A stretch of DNA of 64,000 nucleotides, taken from contig JAQGDQ010000233.1 of assembly GCA_030141605.1 (NCBI GenBank), positions 62,001 to 126,000 of the forward strand, given 5' to 3'. The notes under the pieces were generated by a model. The model was not told the DNA's origin. It saw only the letters and a list, made by a program, of their open reading frames with translations, and did no database searches. Positions 40,704 to 51,700 of this stretch are shown piece after piece; within the stretch, counting starts at the first letter, position 1; every line of letters begins with the position of its first letter. Made by a program: the position numbers and the translations under genes. Source of the stretch: Tubiluchus corallicola. Lineage: Eukaryota; Animalia; Priapulida.

Positions 40704-41873
40704 CTATACTGAACTCTGAGGGAGTGTCTCGGAGCCCGTGCTCATTTCAGCAAGACAAAACATGGCAATGACCGGACTGTCTATTGCTCTGGCATACGAA
40801 TTTGGTTCACCAAAATCCATCATCGCTGTGTCTTGGTACATGGAATAATCATTATTACTGCTGTTTTGTCCAATACTAGTTAACGAACTGCTTGTGACAC
40901 AGGATCCTACCGAATCACGAAAAGGAACCACAACTGACTTATTAATGGAATGAGTTAAAGGATTATTCATCGCATCGATGTATGAATTATGTATGCCGCT
41001 TAAAAAATTTGTCTCATTTTCAGCGTCACACGAACCACAGTCATCAATACTGTAACTTCTCCCACTTTCTTCGTCACTAGTTACTGAATTGTCTGAAGAA
41101 ACTGACAGCCCTGAAACAGTTTCGTCGCAGCTATTAACCGTACATTTATTACTGTTGATGCTTCCATCATATCGGCTTTCACAATTGGAATACTGTTCAG
41201 CAGAAACGACTGTTGGACTGGCTTTGAATGAACTGTGAGGTTGACCATTCGTGTTTCTGTTTGAATTTTCCCCAGCAGTTACAGGTTCTGGTATTGTTAT
41301 GCAATGACTGTCCCTTGAATCTATTCTGTTATTATGGCGACTGTCTTGTGTATTAGCAATCATGTCGTTATTTACAGAAATTTGAATATTAAAAATCAAT
41401 TCTCTTCTTGCTCTGTCACTACTTCTCTTTTGTGTAATAGTTGAAGAGTGAATTGGAGTACTCGTGGTGAACTTTGCGTCACTACTACAGTATGGAGGCG
41501 GGAACAGTTCAGCATATTTTGGGGGCTCCACTATTCCCCTTGCAATTATCTCTTCACTTAACAGTACACAGTTAGTTTGTTGTGGAGTGGGATAATCTGG
41601 CTGATGACCTAATCCAGTATCTAACTGCATTGCACACTTAAATGCCATGTAAAAACAAATGCCTAAAGCTGAAAAGATTATCAGTCCGACACCTATCATT
41701 TGAAAGACAATCGTGGAGTGGCTTTTACTCACAGCTAATCCGACAATGAACAACGATAGACCTGCAACAAAAACGATTAAAAGAACAACAGCTATAACTA
41801 GACAACATCGCTGAGTGCACGGGCAGGGACGACGATGTGATGTGAATTCGTCTCTGTCTTCACTTTCTACCAT
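40704..41873 (-). CDS. Intronless uncharacterised two-pass membrane protein (389 aa) with PPxY motifs and a C-terminal class I PDZ ligand
   Basis: 1170-nt open frame in AT-rich DNA. First ATG is at 41873 (the ORF track starts at TTG). Features in order: Cys cluster PCPCTQRCC, two hydrophobic helices, PPKY and PPPY, a long Ser/Asn/Asp-rich tail, ending LPQSSV*. The architecture recalls TMEM171/174, but orthology is not recognised. Confidence 0.85.
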   Translation of the reverse strand: MVESEDRDEFTSHRRPCPCTQRCCLVIAVVLLIVFVAGLSLFIVGLAVSKSHSTIVFQMIGVGLIIFSALGICFYMAFKCAMQLDTGLGHQPDYPTPQQTNCVLLSEEIIARGIVEPPKYAELFPPPYCSSDAKFTTSTPIHSSTITQKRSSDRARRELIFNIQISVNNDMIANTQDSRHNNRIDSRDSHCITIPEPVTAGENSNRNTNGQPHSSFKASPTVVSAEQYSNCESRYDGSINSNKCTVNSCDETVSGLSVSSDNSVTSDEESGRSYSIDDCGSCDAENETNFLSGIHNSYIDAMNNPLTHSINKSVVVPFRDSVGSCVTSSSLTSIGQNSSNNDYSMYQDTAMMDFGEPNSYARAIDSPVIAMFCLAEMSTGSETLPQSSV

Positions 41874-42784
41874 AATGCTTTTTAGATTTGGTCTCTTTGA
41901 TTTCAAGTAGCACTTTATTCACATCCAGTAAGTAAATGTGGTTAACACACTGAGTTTTACGGTATTAAATGCAGAAACTCAATTCAACGGGTACAGTTGA
42001 GGCTAACTCTAACATTTTAAAATTCTTTGTTTCATTCTTTTAAACAGATATTCACATTCACACAGTTTGAAAATAACAGAGCTCCACTCTTACATGACAT
42101 TATTTGCACACTAAGCAAATATTTTGAGTACAAAGTACGTGTGATTAACTCACTAACTGTTGGCTTGCCAATGGCATTTAGCACATACATACATGCCAAT
42201 ATGAGAAGCTGCTTATTCATAGCCAGTTGGCTATATTGACTTTATTACATTTTGGCGGGCAAATTGTTACTTGCATTCAATAAATAAGACAGATGTATAT
42301 AACAGGTGATAAAATAGTTTTTGAATGTACTTGAATATCTTGTCAAAGTTTACTGAATTTGATTCAGGCCATGAATCATAATAAAATGCTTGAAAAATCT
42401 AATTAATTCTAATAAACTTATATGTTCTTAGGCCATGTGCTGGCTTAAAATGGACTGTTTTTTACTTTAAGGTAATATGTCCCATTACTATTACAAATTC
42501 ACTGCAAATAACAATGACATGCTTGCAAAAATTGTAAGCAAATACAACAATAAACCCGTAAACTAACAGTCATTAACACATCACAAATTCTTTGTTGCTA
42601 CATATATATATATATTTTACACGTGCAGTATTTAATCAATACATCCAGATTAAATAACTGGGTTTGTTTGAAACAGAGAAAAATTGTAAATGTTTGCTTT
42701 TCTTTAGAAAAAAGACAATTTCAGATGCAAAAATAAAATGGAAAATTTGTAATAAAACTGTTATCTTTGGCATAGTTAGAGAAT

Positions 42785-45700
42785 TTATGCGTATCTATGG
42801 CGTTCGCGTGCCACATCCATATCTAGTTCTCTGAAGTGAGTATCCTCCGCATCATTGACAATCTGCTCCTGGAGACCACGGATTTCTGCTTCCAAACTTT
42901 GCCGGAGGTCAACTTTCATTTGCTTCATGGCCTAAAGTTATAAGAATAAATAAGTGTAAAATTTGTCAGTTAACTAACACAATTTGCAATAGCTGGACGA
43001 ACTTTCCTAGATTCCTTTACATGATTTAACCTCCTAGCCCAGTTTGTTATTAAATGTAGCTATTTAGCTGACTGATGAAGCCAACTGTTTATTGTGAAGA
43101 AGAAACAAAAAAGACCATATAGTGTACAAAATGTTGAAATATAGTGTACATTGAACAAGATGAACACAAAAAATCCAAATTTTTAACAAATCCTTATCTA
43201 CACATTCTTCGAATAACGAATTCTCAGATTTACTAACCATTATGAAGTAATGAAGTACTGTCTGACAGTGATATTGCTGCTGGGAATGTAGAACTCATTA
43301 TCATTAACAATTACTAATAAGTAATAAATTGTTGATACTCCAGACTGCCAAAATGAAAAATAAAAATGAATAAAGTGCTATTAATACACAGTTGAAGTAC
43401 CCACATTTATTTTTTAACTTCTTATGCTTTCTTTACTCCTTGTAGAATATAAAATTATCCTTTTATTTTAATTAGCTTTCAGCAATAAACAGTAATAGCT
43501 CCATACAAACATGTTTGTACTAAGAATGCCACAGGGCAAAAGCGCTTTGTTACAAATTATGCCACAACTAAAACCTACATGGGACATCTTAAATTGCAAT
43601 TTACAGCAGCAAAACAATGTACATTCATGGTTACAATGACATTAGCTACCATATAAATCACTTTAATTTTAAATGTTTGCAGTACTTCTGAATTTGTCAA
43701 TAACAGAAATAAAATTTAAAAAGTATTTTTATGGACATTTTCTGTTACATAATTAATTTTGAAATTTAATTGCAAATGAAGCTTTGCTGGTTAATAAACA
43801 CGAAAAAATACTCAATTGTACGAATTTGCTATAATTGTTGATTTTCTCATCTATGTTAATATGGTATAAGAAGTAAGTCTGTCACAAATCAAGCATATTG
43901 TGAACAACGTGAAGCTTGGTTGTACTAATGTCACCACTAGCAGTTAAAACTTTCTGGAGTTTGTTAGTTTATTTTACTGCTGCTGTTTTCTTTTTAACAT
44001 TTAATTCTTTCAGTGGAAAAACAAAACATTCACCTTAACCTGAGCTTTCTCTCTGAGCACCAGGCGTTCTCGCTCATCTGCCACTCTTTCAGCTAACATA
44101 GCCAACTGATCGTGATATCTACAACACAGTTAAGCAGCATAATGCTACATATTTTATTTACTTATTATTCCTATACATTTAAACCAAACAATAAAATCAC
44201 GATAGTGAATTAGTATAAAAAAGAACGCAACGTATATGTTTTGGTAAATGCTAAACTGAAAACTGGTGCCATTAATTTTATAATACTGATAGTGTTAAAC
44301 TAACTGTAGCTCATGTTCTGGTTTATAAAGCAGTTACAATAACACCCTACAGAGTGCATTCACAAATACTAAGAATTAAGCTTTTTCAAAAGTAAAACAC
44401 AGTTTCCATGACAAACTGACAAGCCTATATATAACAAGACAAACTACGAAAACACACTCATCAATTAGGTCGTGAATGATAAGTAATATAATTTAATTGT
44501 GCATAAATTACTGCTACAACACAGTGACTTCTCCAACTTAATCATATCCCGGGTCATTGAGATCACGTAAAATTTCATGATTTTGCACCTCTTCAGTAAA
44601 TAACTTGTCAATCCACTTTAGAACTTTATCAGATGCCATAGGCATGTAGTGAGATCTCATAGGCCTTCCTAAAATTAAATGTTAGGGACTCCTACAAAAA
44701 CAGAGAGCACTGGAGTGTCTATGTCACATTGCTCAGCTTGATGTACAGACCATTTTCTTGTAAAATGACAAGGAAACCAATTCCTCATAATTCCTATTGA
44801 AAATTTACAGAAAACCTTAAATTGGATTTTTGATTAACAATAAATATCTGTAATAGCTTTAAGGATACAAGGTTAAAAGGCCGTGTCCAATCTTCATTCT
44901 ATTGCGCTCATCAGCACGATCTTTAGCATATTTCCTCATTTCTAACAATCTCTCCTTTTCTGAATTCAATGCCTCATTGAACAATCTTTTGAACATCTGA
45001 AATTAAAAAACGATTGTATAATGTATAGCATTAAACTTGTTCATGCACTAATCTCTACAGGCTACAGCAACAATAACTTAAAATTTAAAGAAAGTTTAAT
45101 TAAGCACTGCAGTACTTTGGCAGTTCAAGTCCATGACGGGCTGCCCATGCAGTTAGTACACAGCAAAAATGTCTCAATTCAGAGTGTCGTTACTCGTGTG
45201 TTGAAAGATATTAACAGAACCCACATATGAAAATCTAATGCAGAAAAATAATTTGTGAGTGTGTTGAGTAAAAAAATGTAATAATTGTGGTTGAATACAG
45301 TGAATACAGGCAAAACTGATCATACAGTATATGTACTTTAAGCATGTGAGCATGCATATTTTCCGAAAAGTTAAAAGAATAATTTTTTTCAACAGTGAGG
45401 CCCCAAAAAATCTGCTAGCCCTCAAATTTTGGTGCCCTAGCTACAACTTTGCCTAATAGTTGTCATAAGACAAAGAATGCTAATTACAAAATTGCTGCCA
45501 GCAGGTCACCTTATCTTTAGACTAATTTAAAGAAAATTTGCCTATTACTCAGCTAAGTTTATTTATAGAGTTCACTTAGAATGAATATAACTTATGTCAT
45601 ATAAGAAAAAAGATGAGGAGAAAAATATTTCATAATACATTTCAATAAAATTTAGACATCAATGCACCTACCATTTCTTCTCGGGTTCGTTGCTTCAGCA

Positions 45701-48700
45701 TCTTGGCACGCAGTCTTACTTGATACTCATTATAGTAATGATGAAGGCGAGTCGATTGCTGACGATGCTCCCAAAGCTTGTTACGCACCCTTCTTTGCTC
45801 TGCCTCTCTCAGCTTCTTTGCTTGCTTTTACCAAATACATTTCACATTAGGACAAACATCACCCAGTATTACGCATTAAATTCCATAAGTCAGTTTATAA
45901 TTACAAATTTCTGTGGCTTGTGATACTACCAAGAATGTCAGTTCTTCACTTTGACTTACCACTTAATAACATTCATTAAAATAAACCCTTATAAAATTAA
46001 GACTGAAACTACATTTGCACTAAACTGTAAACAGTGACTATATGCCATAATTACAAAAAAAATTCTGTGGTTTGAGAAACATTATATGCATGTATAATGA
46101 AATATTTACAATGTTAGCATTGCGTTGTTGTTCTCGGTGTAACACTTTGCATAACAACACTTCACGATATTCAGCCTCATCCATAATACGCTTTGCTTTG
46201 CAACGTGCAAGTGCAGTATCATGGGTAATTCTCTTTACCACCTCTAAATGACGTGATTGATCTTGATAGAGGCGATGGACGGTTGATGGTGACATGTGCA
46301 GAAATGGAAAATCATCCATCATCAGTGACAGTTGGTCTTTCTTGATAACATCATCTGGATAAATAAATAAATTATGTAGGCTAACCAAATCTTTCATAAG
46401 ACAATGTTACTCTAAATAACATGTAGAGACTAATTTACTGTAATCTGCTAATCATCATCATATAATCATGCCAAATACAAAGACCGTAATTTTGAAAAAC
46501 AAAAATATGAAAAAGAATGCCCAAAATGACAATTCTTATGCAGATTTATTCCACTAGTGACTAGACAAAGTTACTAGAAAATAAAATAGCTAAACATTTC
46601 CATAAAATTTTCAATCCATACAAATAATCATCCATGAACTTGCAGGCTAAGATTCTCTTAGAGCTTCAACTTTCTTACATCCTTACCTTACACTTTAAAA
46701 AAGGCCACTTAATCCTGATACTTTTATAAGAACATTGATAGACTACTGCCATTATGTATCAACACATAATGCCATTAAAAGCCATTGCCACACAATGTTT
46801 TATGTTCAAGTGGTCAATTATTAGTGTGATATAAGCAAACAATACATACTGTCGCGACTTAAATTTCGGCGACCCACGCTTGGACTAGCTGATGCACTGC
46901 GTCTCCTTCCTTTTGTTGTTCGAGCTCTTGGGTAAAGGACGCTAGCTGAAAAAAATAATTGACAAAAACAGAAATACACCAAGTGCAAACAACTACATTG
47001 CATACAAGTTACTGCAATTATTTTTTTCGAAAAATATATTGAAATCACAGCAGCTTGTAAACGTTCTGTTTAAAAATGTTACTTTCTTACACTGTTATCT
47101 CTAGAAAACAAGTTGATCATCTTTCAACTATAATTGATGCAAAACGTCAGAAGTCAAACAAAGATTGCTTACAATAAAGGGATCAGAATTTTGTTTAATC
47201 TACCTTATGACTGCTTGGCTAGACAAATGTGTGCAGACCTAAATTTACCCTATTTTGATTTTATTATTAGAGGATCTATTTATTCACTAAAAATTAGAGC
47301 TACTGACTCCTACAATGAATTGATAAGAAATATATTTAACAGTGACTGTCTATCTATATCTAGGTTGTATAAACATTGGAGTAAATGCCTATATACTGTA
47401 GCCCAATAAAGCAAAGTTGTAAATATTGTAGATACTTAATTAACTGTAATTGTGAGAAACTACTAACTGATAATTGTTATATTAATTTATATGTATAAAG
47501 TTTGTTTGTTAACTATGGTTTGTATTGCATTGTAATAAGGACTTTGTTCCGAAATAAAAGTATCTAATTAATCAATGAAAAATTTGATCATTTGACAATA
47601 ATGTTTATTGTGGTATTTACACCACACACTCATATTAATCAAACTGAACTGACGAAAGCCACAGATTGGGCCATATTTTAATAATTTTGCATAGCTAGAA
47701 AAAAAACTGTGAATGAAGTGATGCCAATTTGGTGAACCAAGTATAAATTTGGACAACTATGTCACAAACATTATTACCTTTAGAATGCAGTCAAAAAACC
47801 AGTTTGGAAATGCATTAGCAGGCTAAAAAAAAGGTGCAATGTATAGATTTTTCTGCTTTTACAAACACCCAGAAACAACAGTTGCGCAAAATTTTTATCA
47901 ATAACATGCCTCCTTACTTTGGTGTATTGTTTTCTGTTTCCTTCTAAACTGGTGTGGATTTTTCTCCTCTTTTCCATTGCTTAAGCTTTCATTAGAATTA
48001 GCTTTGGTTGATACTTCTAGCTCATTTTCATCTTCAAGCTCTCCAGTGGTGTGAGCTGTATCATTAACAATCGTATAGGTCGCCCGTCGATTCGATGAAG
48101 ACTTTTCATTATTTGGTTCAACCTCACCAGGCAGATTCTCCTGCTTCTCCTTTACTACTTTTTTACTTAAACTTCCTTTGTCTGCTGTACTACTTGACGA
48201 CTGCTTGTGTCCTGTTGGAAGTGTTCCATCTGTAGAAGTATGATCATGTTTACTACGAGGCCTAGAAAATGGAAAACAAAGCAGAAATAAGTTTCACACC
48301 AAGTTTTCACTACAATAATCAGATTTTTTTTAGAATTTACAATCTCTGTCCAATCTAAAAATACATTTAAATTAAACTAGATCTACCTATTTTAAAACGT
48401 GCCACAAATCAACTTAATTTTGTCAGGTTGTTTCACTGTCACATTTGTTTCACTGTTACAGTCTAAGATTGCAAGAAATATTGTTTCTCACCAAAATTTT
48501 CTCGTAAAGATCTGAACCTTATTTACAGTAAGGTTACATTGACAATAAGTTTAGTTTATTCAATGAACTTGAATATGCATATGTGGACACTTAAATGAAA
48601 CTGGTTTAGAGATGCTAAAAGCATTAGAAGATAACTGAAATAAAGCAAATTTTACATGCAAGACCACTGGTTTGCCTTAGGAAATAAAAAAACATAGGAC

Positions 48701-51700
48701 CCAAGGTTATAAATGGCCTAAGATATCGAATGCACTCAACCCAGTGGCATCCATGTATTATGTGAAACTCAAGCATTTGCCTTGTTTAAGAATGTAAAAT
48801 AAATTTAAATCAGTCTTATCTCCACCCAAAACGAACATTTCTGTAGGCATATTTGAAAAAAATGACATAAGCTGGCAAACAGCATGAAAGCAAACATGTA
48901 GCAAAACTTCATCAGGTCACTCATAAGTTTTAGCTGCTTAAATATTTGTGTTTAACTGTGTCTATGAAAAATTACTCTAATGAGTAAGGATAAGCTAGCA
49001 ACAGCATTAAGGTTATAAGATATAGCGTCTGTGGACTGTGTGGATTGGCTGTGAGATGGCCATGAAATCTTTAGTCATGTTAACCTTTTAACTTTTCAAA
49101 TATGAATACTAAATATAAATAAAGGAATTTTTTAGTATCACACTGTGCCTGCCTGTGTGCTGCCACGGTCAGTCCCAGTCGACATGAAGTGGTAGGTCAC
49201 AACAGGGCAGAATGACACTGGACCTAACACCAAAACAGTTACAAAACTATAAGCAAACAAAACAATTAAGATAAATTGTAGAGAGTGACAGGAACCTTCA
49301 ACTATATAGTAATTGACTAGTAAAATGTGACAGTGACTAGTAACACTGAGCTCTTTCTACACAATCAGTTACTGCTAATAGTAATTCCTTCTCAAAAGCA
49401 AACAAGAAACCTCCAGTGAAAAGTGGTTACAATAAAAAAAAGAATTTGTTCAAATGTTTCAAAACTAGGGGATAGAAGTGCCAAAAGACTCTATGGATAA
49501 TATTGATCATCCTGTCATTGTGCTGTAAAAACCATGCTGAATAAAACAATGTATTTGGATTCTTTGCATAAAAACTGGCCTGCACTTAAAATAAAAATTA
49601 TGGTTCTATTGATCTTTTAATTTCAATACTAGCATTTCCAATTCCTTTTCAGAAATGACAAGTTTTAAAAGACATGTAACCAAAATATTGCAATTAATAA
49701 GCTCCAACTAATATGATAAGGCATTATTATTTACTAAAACACAAGCCAGAGAAATTTTTCATTGCCACAATAAATTATTAAAAATGAATGACCTTCACCT
49801 TACCTACAAGCTTTTTTGTCTGCTGATTTAGCACTTTTTCCTTTGTTTACAAATGGCTTGACATTTGTCTGTACAGCACGACCTTTACCTTCTTCATTCT
49901 TCTTAGTTGCACACTGACCAACAGACCTTCCCAAAACAGATGAATTTGTGTCCACCGTAGACTTGGACACTGTTTTCTGTGTGAAAGAAGGCATAGTCAC
50001 TCTAATTTTTGGAGCACTTCTTGGTCTCGCGGAAGATGGTCTGTCTTTCGTGGTTTTTATAGTTTTCTTGGGTCTTGACTTTGACCTCTTTTTGCCCCTC
50101 AGTGACCTTTTTGCAAACCCTATGTAATTTGCATCTTCACCAGAAGTTGATGTTATATCCTCAAACATTCCTAAGCGGCCAATTTCCGGTACATTATGGC
50201 CAGCTGGAAATGTGTTATACTTCATCTCATAGTCCAAGTATGGTCGATCAGACACAGAGTCATGTATTTGTCTAGCCAATGTCTGTGCTAGATTTACAGA
50301 ACTAGTATCAGACTTGTCACTGGTTTGCACAGAAATCAACTTGCCAGCCACTGTTGGTTTGCCATCATCTGCTGAAATGTCGTAAAGAGGTGTATCAGTG
50401 TATGTGGTGCCAACTTGTTTCGATTCAGGCACAGATTCTTCAGGAGACTCATCAAATGCACTCTGGGCCTTTATCGCACAACGAGGTTTTATCCTAGGCT
50501 CAATAGCAGGAGTTGGAAACTGAACCTTTTTATCCGTTTGAGAAGCAAATGATTCTGAAAAAACGAATGCGAAGTAAGCAACAGATTTCTATTGGGAACG
50601 TCAGCATTTATAAAAACTTACAAACATTTTAAACTAAAATGTCTCCTATAAGATATAACATACAAAACATACACATAAAGGCATTTTAATCATCAGGCAT
50701 CATAACACAAACAACACAAAAATAAAAAAAATAAAAAATGGGCAATTTCATTTTAATCAGAGTGGAAGTTCAAAATTCCAAAACAGCTTGCTAAGCTACA
50801 ACACATAAGATGATTGACTTTTCCTAGAATTGTAGCTACGATTCAACAAATTGGATTCAACAACTAGGAAATAGAATGATGTACAAACAAAGATGAGTTA
50901 AACACTGCATAATTCAAATAAGAAATCACGTTGAAATTCTGATACCTAACTTACTCCAAATCAAATGATACTTTTATTATATCAGATTAAAAGTTGAAGT
51001 TATATATTTAAAAGCACTGCAAACAAGAAATGTAGTCAGAAAAGACAGTAAAATGAAAGGCAGAGCAGTGCAATCGAGAATAAAGAAACTAGAAGAAAAG
51101 ATTTGATGAAGATAAATTTTACATAATTTTAACTCAGTGTTAAAAATGGTATTGACGAAAAATATAAAATACAGTTACAAGTAAAGGTAGCATAAATCAG
51201 TATGAAACAAAATAGCAAAGCCAAACTAAAATCAACAGTAACAGGACATAAAATTGTTAATCAAACAGAGAACTAGCAACAACACAATAACATTCACGAC
51301 AGGACAATGTAAGCAGACCAAAAACATGACAAAGACAGAGTACCTATACGATGATGATAAACATGATGATGAAAAGTGGAACCATTCACTGCAGAATTCC
51401 ATGACCCAGCCAACTCTTTCATTCCATTTCCAATACTAGTAAACTCACCTGAGATGGGTGCCTTGCCACGCTGTTGAGGAGTCGTGGGTGGCAGTGCTGG
51501 AGAAAATTCATTCTGAAATAAGAATCACAGCACGATTTAAAAATTAAACGTGCACAAAGTAAGTACAAGAAACTAACAATATCAAATTTGTTCAATGCAG
51601 AAGACCCATATGGACAGCCTCACAAAAGGAAGATGTTTAGTGTCGGTGTGAAGGTAAAAAAATGTAGTCTAATATGCGGCAAAAAACACACGATTTGCGG

